The notes below the pieces were generated by a model. That model was given only the letters and a program-made list of their open reading frames with translations, made no database searches and was not told the origin of the DNA. From assembly GCA_963724765.1 (NCBI GenBank), contig CAVRVY010000004.1:1504001-1568000 (forward strand): a DNA stretch of 64,000 nucleotides, in the 5' to 3' direction. The translations under genes and the position numbers were made by a program. This document shows positions 10,821 to 21,214 of this stretch, piece after piece (within the stretch, counting starts at the first letter, position 1; every line of letters starts with the position of its first letter). Origin of the DNA: an uncultured delta proteobacterium. GTDB lineage: Bacteria > Desulfobacterota > Binatia > Binatales > Binataceae.

Positions 10821-11387
10821 TTATCCCTCGGCGCCTGGCGGCTCAAGCGGCAGGACGAATCCATCAGGGTCATGAAAGTCCGGTTTGTCGGCCGGATGGT
10901 GAAGCGCCCAGTACGAGAGCCCGTCGCTCGCCTCGATGACCGCCGAGAGCCCGATACGAAGAGAAGCACGCGCGTGGATAGCAGACAGGCCATTTAGGCG
11001 GACAAGGGTGTCGAGCTCAAGTCGGCTGCCAGTAGAGCGCACGTCAATGTCCGGGCGCATCATTTCGTTCGCGAGAGGACCGCCGTTACGATAGCCGCAA
11101 AAGGCGTAGACGGCCCACTCCCCCGACGGGGCAAAGTTGAACTCGTGGTACGCCGATTGCCCTTCCACCGCGATGAAGGCTTCGAAACAGGTGTGGCGCC
11201 AGAGCTGTGTAGCGATGCGCGGCGCACTCGGCGAAGGGACCAAGATCCGGCGAATATCTCCGTCGAGGCGGAAGGTCATCTGAAGTTCAGCGCTTGCCGA
11301 TCGGCGTACGAGCACCTGAATGGCTCGCACTGTCTCAGGGCGTGTCGACGGATGGCATCTGAGGTCGATCCAGTGTTTGACGGTCAT
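10821..11387 (-). CDS. DOMON-like (CBM9-like) domain protein
   Basis: LWRHTCFEAF, YHEFNFAPSGEWAVY and SYWALHH..KPDFH motifs. Confidence 0.85.
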   Translation of the reverse strand: MTVKHWIDLRCHPSTRPETVRAIQVLVRRSASAELQMTFRLDGDIRRILVPSPSAPRIATQLWRHTCFEAFIAVEGQSAYHEFNFAPSGEWAVYAFCGYRNGGPLANEMMRPDIDVRSTGSRLELDTLVRLNGLSAIHARASLRIGLSAVIEASDGLSYWALHHPADKPDFHDPDGFVLPLEPPGAEG

Positions 11388-11671
11388 AACGGGCTCGATG
11401 GCCGCAGCGGCGTTGCTCTCCGACCGGAATATCGAAATCGCGACGCCTTGTATGCGAGGGACACCGACGGATTATGGCGCAGAGAGAAACTCGGCGAAAC
11501 CGGCGTGGACGCCGGGAACCCGATTCTCCGGTGTCCTTCAAATCATGCGAAAGCCGCAGACACGTTCGATTTCGTCGGTGTTGTCACAGAAGACGGGCAA
11601 TTCGAGACTCGACTGCCAATAAGTGATCGGTTCATCAAGTAATCACGACTAGCCGCATCTTCGCGCAAACA

Positions 11672-12691
11672 TCACGTACGCCCTTTTCTTAGAGCCATCC
11701 AAGTTGCGCTTCCAACCGCGAGTGCGGCTAATCCGAGCCAGACACGATGAGTAGTCGCCCAAAACTGCAGGCTACTTCCATGTGCCTGAGTGTCGAAGCT
11801 GCCGTGAGCGCCAGGATCCCAGGCTACAGGGGTGAAGAGATTGTCCGGTCGGTCGGAGTTAACCGGCTGGTTGGTTTGCTGGCCATTGTAGCAGGTGCGG
11901 GCAAGGTAGTGATCCAGTAGTCCGGGAACGATCTTATTGCCTATAATGGCCTCGACAGTAGGTTCGCCAACATAGATTTCGCGCCGTTTGTGATATGCGG
12001 CCCATACTATGGCCGCCGCGGCCACTTCGGGCTGAAAGATAGGAGGTACAGGCTGAGGATGGCGCGGTAGGCGAGTTTTGCACCAATCGAACTGTGGGGT
12101 ATTCAGCGCGGGCATCTGGACCATGGTAAGGTGGACTTTGCTGTGATCGTGCAGCAGTTCCGAACGCAAAGAATCCGTAAACCCCTTGATTGCATGTTTG
12201 GCGCCGCAGTATGGAGCCTGAAGGGGAATTGAACGGTAAGCGAGCGCGGAACCCACCTGGACAATGCAGCCTCGATCGCGTGGTAACATGCGTCGCAGCG
12301 CGGCCATCGTGCCGTAGACCGCACCCAGATAAGTGACCTCCGTCACGCGCTTGAACTCTTCGGCAGTGATCTGCTTGAAGGGTGATAGTACCGTTGTCAT
12401 GGCATTGTTCACCCAGATGTCGATTGGACCGAATTGCTCTTCGACTGCCGTTGCGGCGCTTTCTACCTCATCGGGACGCGATACATCGGTGGCAATAGCC
12501 AGCGCCGTGCCTCCGGATGCTTCGACGTCAGCGCGGGCTCCCTCCAGCCCGTCAGCTCCGCGAGCCAGCAGACCGATTTGCGCACCCCGTCTGGCAAAGG
12601 CTTGTACAGTCGCGCGCCCGACACCGGCTGATGCACCGGTCACAACAACCACATCACGTTTATTACTGCTGCCATTTCCGAGCGCACTCAT
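11672..12691 (-). CDS. SDR family oxidoreductase
   Basis: TGASAGVG, VNNA and YCGAK motifs; hydrophobic C-terminus. Confidence 0.92.
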   Translation of the reverse strand: MSALGNGSSNKRDVVVVTGASAGVGRATVQAFARRGAQIGLLARGADGLEGARADVEASGGTALAIATDVSRPDEVESAATAVEEQFGPIDIWVNNAMTTVLSPFKQITAEEFKRVTEVTYLGAVYGTMAALRRMLPRDRGCIVQVGSALAYRSIPLQAPYCGAKHAIKGFTDSLRSELLHDHSKVHLTMVQMPALNTPQFDWCKTRLPRHPQPVPPIFQPEVAAAAIVWAAYHKRREIYVGEPTVEAIIGNKIVPGLLDHYLARTCYNGQQTNQPVNSDRPDNLFTPVAWDPGAHGSFDTQAHGSSLQFWATTHRVWLGLAALAVGSATWMALRKGRT

Positions 12692-12863
12692 GGAAAACTC
12701 TCCTCTAATTCAGGTTCGACACTGACCTCGGGTCGCCGTCGACGTCCAAAAACATTCACTGCCACCGCGCGGTCCGAGACGGTCCGAGGTTCGCTCAAAG
12801 ACCTGCGCATTCCAAACTTGTGATGTACCGGCCACGCTCATGAACCCGTGTCGAAGTCGATTT

Positions 12864-13976
12864 CTAGGAAATTGCGTAGCGCTGCGCATCCGCACGCTTG
12901 AGCTCCAAACCCAAGCCCGGACGCGAAGCGATCGGTTGCAGATTGCCGTCAATTGGGGTCAGCGCACCTTCGAACAACATGTGCTCGATCCGTTCGTGAT
13001 CGTGGAAGTACTCGATGTGCCGGACCGGACTCACTGCGCAGCAGGGATGGGCATGCAAGCTGGGCGAGGTATGGGCCGAGAGAGGCATGGATCGCGCTGC
13101 GCATAACGCGCCGACTCGTAAGAATTCAGTGATACCCGCGCAGCGCGAAGCATCGGCCTGCAAAACGTCCACTGCGCCCGTATCTAGCATGCGGCGAAAG
13201 TATGGCAGGTCGTACCCATACTCGCCTGCGGCGATATCGATCCCGGCCGGTGAACGGTCCCGCAATAAGCGCAGCCCCTCAAGATCATCGGAGCTCACGG
13301 GCTCCTCGAACCAACTCACCCCAAACTCCGTAAAGGCATGCGCGAAGGCGAGCGCTTCTTTACGGCTATAAGCGCCGTTTGCATCGACAAAGAGTTCCGC
13401 TTGCTCGCCGATCGCCGCGCGGGCGCCGCGCACCCGCTCGAGGTCATGCTCAGGCTGCCGCCCAATTTTCATCTTGAAGCGTGTGATGCCCTGCGCCGCC
13501 CAAGCCTCAAATTGATCTCTCAATTGTGCATCTGAATACGACGTGAATCCGCCGCTGCCATACACTGGCACGCTCGTTCGAACTCCTCCCAGCATTGCGA
13601 TTAGTGGTAAGCCAAGCAGGCGAGCTTTCAGGTCCCACAGCGCAACATCCACGGCCGCAATAGCCATCGATACAATACCGGGCCGACCGAGGTTGCGAAT
13701 GGCATGAACCATGGCTGCCCAAGCGCCCGGGATATCCATCGCATCGCGACCTTGAACTACTTCGGCGAGCATATCTTTGATGAGCAGCGCGGTCGCTGTG
13801 TCCGCATAGGTATAGCCGATGCCGATTTCGTCGCCGCCGGGCGCCTCGACTACGACCAGCGTGGTCGCCTTCCACTCGATGGTTCCATCGGACTCGGGAA
13901 AATCGGTCGGTATCCGATAGGCTGAAGCGCGCAGCGGACCGATTTTTATTTGCGGTTGACGCGTAACTGCTTTCAT
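12864..13976 (-). CDS. Mandelate racemase/muconate lactonizing enzyme family (enolase superfamily)
   Basis: FKMKIG (KxK), VDANG, FEEPV and AAGEY metal-ligand motifs. Confidence 0.92.
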   Translation of the reverse strand: MKAVTRQPQIKIGPLRASAYRIPTDFPESDGTIEWKATTLVVVEAPGGDEIGIGYTYADTATALLIKDMLAEVVQGRDAMDIPGAWAAMVHAIRNLGRPGIVSMAIAAVDVALWDLKARLLGLPLIAMLGGVRTSVPVYGSGGFTSYSDAQLRDQFEAWAAQGITRFKMKIGRQPEHDLERVRGARAAIGEQAELFVDANGAYSRKEALAFAHAFTEFGVSWFEEPVSSDDLEGLRLLRDRSPAGIDIAAGEYGYDLPYFRRMLDTGAVDVLQADASRCAGITEFLRVGALCAARSMPLSAHTSPSLHAHPCCAVSPVRHIEYFHDHERIEHMLFEGALTPIDGNLQPIASRPGLGLELKRADAQRYAIS

Positions 13977-14083
13977 CGATTACCTCAGATTAATTCACCG
14001 GCATCATTCATCGCGTGAACTCAACTATAATTTTCTGCGAGCCGCGCACCCATTCGAATCAATCAGGAGCTGACGGCATATAC

Positions 14084-15820
14084 TTACTTCAATCGCGGAG
14101 CGCCATGACCCCACGTCGCCGGAGGTGACAGGTCGCGCCGAACGGGTGGTCGCCCCATGTCGCGCTTATCGGCATTAAATATCTTTTCACCCTGCGCGAT
14201 CAGGTAATCGGCGGTGCGTGCGGCGAGCGCTTGAATCGTCAGTCCCGGATTTACGGAACCCTGCGTGGGCATGACGCTGCCATCGCAGATGAACAGATTC
14301 GCGATGTCGTGACTACGTCCATATCTGTCGACTACTGAGGTAGCCGGGTCGTTGCCCATGCGTGCCGCTCCAACCAGATGCGCGTAGCGCGCTTCCTGGA
14401 CAACTTCAGTGGCACCGGCCGCTCGCATGACTTCCATTACTTTGTTCTTGCCGAACTCGATCATCTTCTTGTCATTGTCATACAGATTGAAGGTCACTTT
14501 GGCGACGGGGATACCAAACCTGTCCTTTTCTGCGGCCAATTGAACCCGGTTGTCCGCATACGGCAGAATTTCACCCAGCAGCCCAAGCGCGGCCCAGTGA
14601 TTGTAGTCCATCATGACGCGCCGCAAGCCCCATCCCCAGGCCCCCTTCGCGGTCATCATCTGCTTGGCGAAGGCTATAGGCAGCGGCCCCACTGTCTGAA
14701 TCGCAAACCCGCGTGCGAAATCGCGCTTGCGGTCCGTCTCGTAGAACTCCTCGGTCATTGCATGGGCCGGTGGCGCCTTGTACATGCGGATCAGTTCATC
14801 GAAGTAGCCCATCACGACATTCCCTGCCTGCGCCATCAGATAGCGGCCTACGGTATCACTTGAGTTTGCAAGACCGTTTTCAAATCCGAGACAAGCCGAA
14901 TTAAGTAAAAGGCGCGGTGTCTCGATCGAATAGCAGGCTACGATGACGGCTTTGGCATTCTGGCAGTGCTCGCGGCCATCGCGATCGAAATAGGTGACTC
15001 CACTCACCCGCCCATCGGTACCAAGGTTAACGCGTGAAACCATGGACATCGGCCGAATTTCCGCGCCGTTCGCGATTGCGTCGGGCACGTGGGTGATCAG
15101 AGTGCTGGCCTTTGCGCCGACCTTACACCCTTGAATGCAGAAGCCTCGATAAATGCAGTGCGGCCGGTCGGCGCGAGAGCCCTGTAGGATGCCGACCGGG
15201 CCGCCGGCACTCACGCGGATGCCGAGTTTGGTACAGCCGCGAATCAACACATCGCCAATGGCTCCCATGGGATGCGGACCGAAGGCATATCCGTGAGGAT
15301 CGCCCCATGGAAAATACGCCGGTCCCGAGACCGGCATTTCCATTTCGATTAGCTCGTAATACGGCTTCAGTTCCTCATAACTGAGAGGCCAGTCCACGGC
15401 GACGCCATCTTGAGAATGCACGCGAAAATCCGACGGATGAAGGCGCGGGGTGAAGGCCGCCCAGTGTACCGTGCTACCGCCGACGCCTTTGCCACTATTG
15501 TTACTTCCGAAAGCGAGTGGATGAGCCCCGCCAGTGATGCGGAGATCCTCCCAATAGAGCTGATGAGAACCAGCCTCATCGCTTACCCAATCCCGTTCGC
15601 TATCCCAGAACGGGCCCGCATCGAAGCCAATGACCCGAAAGCCTGCCCGCGCAAGTCGTTGCAAGAGAACGCCGCCGCCCGCACCGATACCAACGATGAT
15701 GTAATCGACCTCTTGTTTCTCGGAGAACCGGCGCATCGGCGTTTCGAGCCGCTGCATACTGCCTAACATATGAGGCTGGCCGTTCGGCTTTTCGAACTCT
15801 CCGAGAATCGGGGATTTCAT
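14084..15820 (-). CDS. GMC family oxidoreductase, flavoprotein subunit
   Basis: GIGAGG FAD motif, GVGGSTVH, CIYRG/CIQGC Cys cluster, AHLVG and NPGLTIQALA motifs. Confidence 0.92.
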   Translation of the reverse strand: MKSPILGEFEKPNGQPHMLGSMQRLETPMRRFSEKQEVDYIIVGIGAGGGVLLQRLARAGFRVIGFDAGPFWDSERDWVSDEAGSHQLYWEDLRITGGAHPLAFGSNNSGKGVGGSTVHWAAFTPRLHPSDFRVHSQDGVAVDWPLSYEELKPYYELIEMEMPVSGPAYFPWGDPHGYAFGPHPMGAIGDVLIRGCTKLGIRVSAGGPVGILQGSRADRPHCIYRGFCIQGCKVGAKASTLITHVPDAIANGAEIRPMSMVSRVNLGTDGRVSGVTYFDRDGREHCQNAKAVIVACYSIETPRLLLNSACLGFENGLANSSDTVGRYLMAQAGNVVMGYFDELIRMYKAPPAHAMTEEFYETDRKRDFARGFAIQTVGPLPIAFAKQMMTAKGAWGWGLRRVMMDYNHWAALGLLGEILPYADNRVQLAAEKDRFGIPVAKVTFNLYDNDKKMIEFGKNKVMEVMRAAGATEVVQEARYAHLVGAARMGNDPATSVVDRYGRSHDIANLFICDGSVMPTQGSVNPGLTIQALAARTADYLIAQGEKIFNADKRDMGRPPVRRDLSPPATWGHGAPRLK

Positions 15821-16584
15821 TTGTTGCTTCCCCGGCGTGCATGAGAGGGATGCTCAATTGGACTCTGTGCCGGTTCGTAGATGTCGGAGACGGAGGTTTC
15901 CGGTGCGCTCCAGGCGTAGCGCTGCTCGTTCGATTCCCAGGGCTCAGGTTCGCCATTTTCCAGCCGCATGTAGGCTCGCGGATAGGCGGGACCGCCGAAT
16001 CCGATCTCGTCCCAAGCCCACGGATGTGCGTAATACGCCTCCGCGCAATCCTGCACCAGCATCATCCAGAAGCGGTGCACCGGGAGGCGCGCCCAGATGT
16101 CACCGCCCGCAGCAGTTTTTCCGTCGTGCAGCGATTTCAGTAGCTGATCCTGCTCGAGTGGAGTGATATCAATGAAGTTGCGGCCATAGAGATGGTGCGC
16201 GATCTCTTCAATAGCCTGCAATCCCAGACGGAAAGCCTCCCGGTCCGGCGGCATATCCGCAAACCGATAGCCGTCGTGCCGATCTTCGTACAAGCGTTCG
16301 TCAATGCGCGGCACGATCGGGATCTTGTGCGCTTCATCGCGATCATTCTGTGGAATGATATGATCGCAGACGGACTGCATCAGACGCGCCTCAGCGGGGG
16401 AGAAAAAGCGGATCGCCGGGACGTTATGCACGCGATCGATAACCACTTGACGGGTTTTCGCGTCCCAGAATTTCTGTTGCGCCAGCGTGCTGAAGTCAGG
16501 ATAGTACCCCGGCTGAGACAGCGGACCGATCGGTTTTCCGCTGCGCCGGTTGATTGGACGACCGTCATCCTCCTGCCGCTTCAT
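15817..16584 (-). CDS. Gluconate 2-dehydrogenase subunit 3 family protein
   Basis: FFSPAEA..CDHIIP and YYAHPWAWDEIGFGGPAYPRAY motifs; start MKRQED at 16584 overlaps the upstream stop (ATGA). Confidence 0.85.
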   Translation of the reverse strand: MKRQEDDGRPINRRSGKPIGPLSQPGYYPDFSTLAQQKFWDAKTRQVVIDRVHNVPAIRFFSPAEARLMQSVCDHIIPQNDRDEAHKIPIVPRIDERLYEDRHDGYRFADMPPDREAFRLGLQAIEEIAHHLYGRNFIDITPLEQDQLLKSLHDGKTAAGGDIWARLPVHRFWMMLVQDCAEAYYAHPWAWDEIGFGGPAYPRAYMRLENGEPEPWESNEQRYAWSAPETSVSDIYEPAQSPIEHPSHARRGSNK

Positions 16585-17561
16585 CGCTTCTCTCTCCTCA
16601 ATAGGCTCGCTAGAAGACCGATGAAGCCGGCTGCCGCGAACAGCAGTGGCGCGAAAATGGGGGGTCCATGGACAATATTGTAGAGCGGCATCTTCAATCC
16701 GCCAGGACGGCGCAGAACACCTCGCGCGTGATAGCCGAAGCCCACCGCACCATCCAGCACGGCCACGGTTGAAAGGGCTGGCAGCCAGGTCTGGGCGACG
16801 CGCTGATTCCTGGCGGCGCCCACGCTCGCCGCCACTAGTAGCGGCGCGATCACTACGGGCGTCCACTGTGCTTTGTAACGAAAATTGCTTTTGTAATGTG
16901 AATACCACGCTTCAAAACCGCTAAAGAGAGCCGACACGGCTGTCGCAACGGCCATGTGCTTTTGAAATCGACCTTCGCGCAGATCCTGCCGCCACTCGAT
17001 AGTGTCATGCTCATTAGTCAGAAGCCTCGCCCAATGTTTGGGATGTGCCGGGCGCGGAAGTGCCGCTGAGCTACTCGGATCATCGTCACGCTGAAGAAAA
17101 CTCGCGACCATGCCAAGGTATGCACTGGTGCCGAACAGGAGTGGCCCAAATACAGGCGGCCCCATGATGATGTTAACCACGGGCAGACGCCAACCTCCGG
17201 GTTTGCGCTGAATTCCACGTATGTGGAAGTAGGTGCCGATCGCGCAGTCGGCAAGCGTGAGAGCCGAGACCGCGGGCAAAACCGTTCTTGCGGCTCGGCG
17301 GCTGCGAAAGGCCAATACACCCGCTCCAAAGAGCGCGGCGCCCATGATTACGGGCGTATACATTACGCGGCGGCTGTAGCTACCGCGATAATGCATGTAG
17401 CTGACTTCCAGACCGCCAAGGGCGCTGGACAAACCCGCCGCGAGCGCGAGCCATTTCTGAAATCGTCCTTCGCGCACGCGCAGGTCAACTTCCCGTGCGC
17501 CGCACTCGATGCCTCTGACCACTTCCGGTATAAGCACGCTCTGTAATCTGTCTGCGGCCAC
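16581..17561 (-). CDS. Membrane protein with two internal repeats, function unknown
   Basis: Two copies of REGRFQK...E..Y.HY...TPV...Y.H.RG..R.PGG...N..GPP.F.PLLF with hydrophobic helices; probable GTG start at 17561 after GGAG. Confidence 0.75.
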   Translation of the reverse strand: MAADRLQSVLIPEVVRGIECGAREVDLRVREGRFQKWLALAAGLSSALGGLEVSYMHYRGSYSRRVMYTPVIMGAALFGAGVLAFRSRRAARTVLPAVSALTLADCAIGTYFHIRGIQRKPGGWRLPVVNIIMGPPVFGPLLFGTSAYLGMVASFLQRDDDPSSSAALPRPAHPKHWARLLTNEHDTIEWRQDLREGRFQKHMAVATAVSALFSGFEAWYSHYKSNFRYKAQWTPVVIAPLLVAASVGAARNQRVAQTWLPALSTVAVLDGAVGFGYHARGVLRRPGGLKMPLYNIVHGPPIFAPLLFAAAGFIGLLASLLRREKR

Positions 17562-17580
17562 TTCGGCTGCTCCCGTCAAA

Positions 17581-19374
17581 TCATTGTTTATGCGGCACCA
17601 CGCTCTCGACGAATTCCCGAATCGACTCACGAATGATGCCGCCTTCGTTGGGATCGCCCTTGAACAACGTGGAGGCGAATTTTGCGGCCTGCGCCAGCGT
17701 GATATGCGGCGGCAATGGCGGCACGTCAGGATCGGTAATCGCTTCCAGCACGCAAGGACGATCGCTCGCTAGCGCTTCATCCCACGCCTGGCCTAAAGCA
17801 TCAGGTTGATCGACACGGATGCCCTTCAACCCCAGCAATTCGGCATAACGCGCGTATGGAAAATCGGGGATGTCCTGTGACGCCTCGAACTTTGGATCAC
17901 CCATCATCACCCTTAGTTCCCACGTCACCTGATTAAGATCATTGTTGTGCAGAACCAGTACGATAAGGCGCGGGTCTTTCCATTCGCGCCAGTACTTCGC
18001 GACTGTGAGCAGTCCACTGTTTCCATTCATCTGCATGGCGCCGTCGCCAACCATCGCGATCACCACGCGTTCCGGAAAAGCAAATTTTGCGGCGATGGCG
18101 TAAGGAACCCCGGGACCCATCGTGGCCAGGGTTCCAGACAAAGAGGCCATCATGCCGCGCCGTATCTTCAGGTCACGGGCGAACCAGTTGGCCGACGAAC
18201 CTGAATCGGAACTTAAGATGCAGTTATCGGGCAGCCGCGGGGAGAGCTCCCAGAACACGCGCTGGGGATTGATTGGTTTGGCTTCGCTCATCGCCCTGGC
18301 CTCGAGCACCTTCCACCATTTGGCAACCTCTTTTTCGATCGTTTCACGCCAGGATCGGTCAGCCTTCCGTTCCAGGTAAGGAAGCAATGCCTTTAGCGTC
18401 TCGTTGCTGTCGCCGACCAGGTTAACTTCGGTGGGGAATCGGATCGCCAGCATGCGGCCGTCGATATCGATTTGGACGCCGCGCGCCTGACCCTCCTTGG
18501 GCAGAAATTCGGAATATGGAAAACTGGTTCCGACCATCAAAAGCGTGTCGCACTCCATCATCATGTCGTAGCTCGGCTTGGTGCCGAGCAGCCCGATAGA
18601 TCCCGTAACAAAAGGAAGGTCGTCCGGGAGCGCCGCCTTGCCCAGCAAGGCCTTGGCAACACCGGCTCCCAGGATATCCGCGACCTCAATCACCGCATCG
18701 GTTGCCTGGAGCGCGCCTGCGCCAACTAACATCGCAACTTTTTTGCCGGCATTGAGTATTTCCGCCGCGCGTCGCAAATCCTCATCCGAAGGAATGACCC
18801 GCGGTGTCGAGTAGCCGGTGCCGGAATGGATCGTGTTATGCGCCCGGCTGGGTTCCTCTGCCTCCAGCTCTTGCAGGTCGTTTGGCACGATGATGCAGGT
18901 TACCGTGCGCTCCGCCTTGGCTATTCGAACCGCGCGATCGACCAAATGCCGAGTCTGCGCGGGGACTGAAGCCATATGGACGTATTCACCCGCCACATCT
19001 TTAAATAGTGTGGTTAGATCGACTTCCTGCTGGTAGCGTCCTCCCTGGGCCGCACGCGCCGCCTGACCCACGATAGCCACTACCGGCTGATGATCTCCCT
19101 TGGCATCGTACAAGCCATTGAGCAGATGAATCGCGCCAGGCCCGGAGGTTGCGAGACAAACGCCTACCTCGCCGGTGAACTTGGCGTGCGCACAGGCCAT
19201 GAAGGCGGCCATCTCCTCATGTCGAACCTGCACGAACTTTGGCTTGTTACCCGCGCGTTCGAGGGCGCCTAGAATGCCGTTGATACCATCGCCCGGGAAA
19301 CCGTAGATTCGGTTAATGCCCCAGTCCAAAAGACGCTTCAGAAGAAAATCGGCAACACTTTCACTCATGGACAT
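17581..19374 (-). CDS. Thiamine pyrophosphate-requiring protein (pyruvate oxidase/dehydrogenase family)
   Basis: GFPGDGI, RHEEMAAF, TSGPGAIH and the GDGAMQM...NN TPP-binding motif. Confidence 0.93.
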   Translation of the reverse strand: MSMSESVADFLLKRLLDWGINRIYGFPGDGINGILGALERAGNKPKFVQVRHEEMAAFMACAHAKFTGEVGVCLATSGPGAIHLLNGLYDAKGDHQPVVAIVGQAARAAQGGRYQQEVDLTTLFKDVAGEYVHMASVPAQTRHLVDRAVRIAKAERTVTCIIVPNDLQELEAEEPSRAHNTIHSGTGYSTPRVIPSDEDLRRAAEILNAGKKVAMLVGAGALQATDAVIEVADILGAGVAKALLGKAALPDDLPFVTGSIGLLGTKPSYDMMMECDTLLMVGTSFPYSEFLPKEGQARGVQIDIDGRMLAIRFPTEVNLVGDSNETLKALLPYLERKADRSWRETIEKEVAKWWKVLEARAMSEAKPINPQRVFWELSPRLPDNCILSSDSGSSANWFARDLKIRRGMMASLSGTLATMGPGVPYAIAAKFAFPERVVIAMVGDGAMQMNGNSGLLTVAKYWREWKDPRLIVLVLHNNDLNQVTWELRVMMGDPKFEASQDIPDFPYARYAELLGLKGIRVDQPDALGQAWDEALASDRPCVLEAITDPDVPPLPPHITLAQAAKFASTLFKGDPNEGGIIRESIREFVESVVPHKQ

Positions 19375-19422
19375 ATCCTTTGGGCGAGCCTTGTTCTCGT
19401 GGTTTTGCTTCCCTATTCAGAC

Positions 19423-19438
19423 TGCAAAAGCTGTTCCA
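19423..19438 (-). promoter_or_regulatory. Sigma54 (-24/-12) promoter for the TPP/GMC cluster
   Basis: Minus strand reads TGGAACAGCTTTTGCA (GG-N10-GC), about 50 bp upstream of the first gene. Confidence 0.65.
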
Positions 19439-20291
19439 TCAGGAGCTCGGGCGCGACGTGTCACCGCATTTCGCCGCCTCCCATTACCATTGAACGTTAC
19501 GCTCATGGGCCAGATCCTCTCCAATACTTTGTTTCTATGGCGCCTATAGGCAAAGCCTATGGATTTTGCCGTTTCATTCGATCACGCACGCATGATGATC
19601 GCCCCTGCCATCGCGGCGTGATGATTGTCGACTCTTTGTAATTTGGTTCTGCGCTAAGTGAGGACGCGGCCACATTGATACACGCGAAGCCGCCAGAGGT
19701 GCCGGCGCGAGACCGGTCTGAAGGGGGCGCACGGTGATGGTCGCGGAACCGCGGGTTCCGACCATCAGGCGATGTCTCGACTAACTATCAACCTGGCGAT
19801 GACCGGCAAAGATATGAAAAAGCGAAAGGCCGGGCCCTAGACGGCTCCAGCCTTTCTGAGTCTCTGGTCGCGCGTAGGACAATGGCCTTGCTCCCGTTGC
19901 GCGACAAGTCTCTCGAATACTCTCAACATCACCACACTAATACTTGTTCGCGCTAAGGGGGAAGGTTTGCGACGGACTAAAGCTCGCGGTCGGTTCTCGG
20001 CGGAACAAAGGATGGAGCCTCGCGGCCTGGAAGGGAAGTCGGCGCGGTTCACGCCAGCGCCCTTTTAAAGGGCTGAAGTCAGGTTGGTAGTCTCGGCGCT
20101 CGCGATGGTCGCGGCGATAGTTGCCGCGTGCGTAGGGACTAACTGCTCCCATTTGCGCTCATGCGCTCGTGCGCGTTTGGCCGATGCGGATCTGACCGGC
20201 AGTTGACGCGTCAATGGACCAGCGCGAAAGATATTAAGGGTTGGGCTCATTTATAAACTACCCTCGCACCGGGCCCCCGGGAGAATAGACC

Positions 20292-20768
20292 GTGCGTAAA
20301 ACCGTAATCGATCCAGCTACCGTCCAAGCGGAGCCGCGCACCGAACCAAAATGGCTCGATCTCGAAGAGATGGCTAAAGTCGAAGTCACATCGGAGGATC
20401 CAAGCTCCCCGATTGAATCTGCCCTGGTCTCGGGGAATGGACCGGGCTGGCGCGCGGCGCAAAGAGGTAAGCAGGTCATCCGCATCATGTTCGACAAGCC
20501 AAGGCGGCTCCGCCGAATCAGACTTGAGTTTTCGGAGACCGAAATCGCGCGGACCCAGGAGTTCACTCTTCAGTGGTCGACCGAGCCAGGTGGCCCGTTC
20601 ACGGAGATCATTCGCCAGCAGTGGAGCTTCAGCCCGCAAGGCTCGACAAGTGAAATCGAAGATTATCAGGTCAACTTAGATGGCGTCTCAGTCTTGGAGC
20701 TGGCTCTCAAGCCCGACCTCACCCCGGCCAACGCATGCGCGACCTTGGCCAGGTGGCGCATGATGTAG
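20292..20768 (+). CDS. Discoidin/galactose-binding-like 'carbohydrate-binding protein'
   Basis: VEVTSED..PIESAL, GWRAAQRGKQ.IRI.FD, RTQEF and RQQWSFSPQG motifs. Confidence 0.7.
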   Translation: MRKTVIDPATVQAEPRTEPKWLDLEEMAKVEVTSEDPSSPIESALVSGNGPGWRAAQRGKQVIRIMFDKPRRLRRIRLEFSETEIARTQEFTLQWSTEPGGPFTEIIRQQWSFSPQGSTSEIEDYQVNLDGVSVLELALKPDLTPANACATLARWRMM

Positions 20769-21079
20769 CGCCACGTTGGGAAGGAGCCGCGCCACGCTTG
20801 TGGGCTCGCCTCGTGGCACGCCCCGTAGGAATTCCCCCGCGTACTCCCACGCGCCGATCATTCCGGTTGCCGCCGCGCCCAAGTAATGCGCGCGCCGTGG
20901 AAGAACGAGGTCACCTTTGGCAAACAGCGCGAAGCGGCGAGCCTCGAGCCGGGGTTGAGGATCGTAATCAGCGACGTTTTTCATTTGAATTTTGGCGCAT
21001 GGTGTCCTAAAGATCGGACAAACAAACCCAGCCTATGCGATTTGTCTCCAGGCTCTCCAAGCTGAGATGTCAACTTAGG

Positions 21080-21214
21080 ATGCCGGTTGTCCAAATCATC
21101 ACCACGGGCGGCACGATCGCGAGCCGGATCGATCCCGGCGGCGTGCAGCGGCTCGGATTGATCGAAGACGCAGGCGAGACCGATGAAAGGGATTGCGCCT
21201 GCCAGGAGAGATGA
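21080..21214 (+). pseudogene. L-asparaginase N-terminal remnant
   Basis: MPVVQIITTGGTIASRIDP (TGGTIAS catalytic-Thr motif), then a stop after 44 codons. Confidence 0.75.

Noticed and set aside
19736-19766. Hairpin GATGGTCGCGGAACC...GGTTCCGACCATC as a riboswitch
   Set aside because: No recognisable riboswitch consensus and no clear downstream gene; a single GC-rich hairpin is insufficient.
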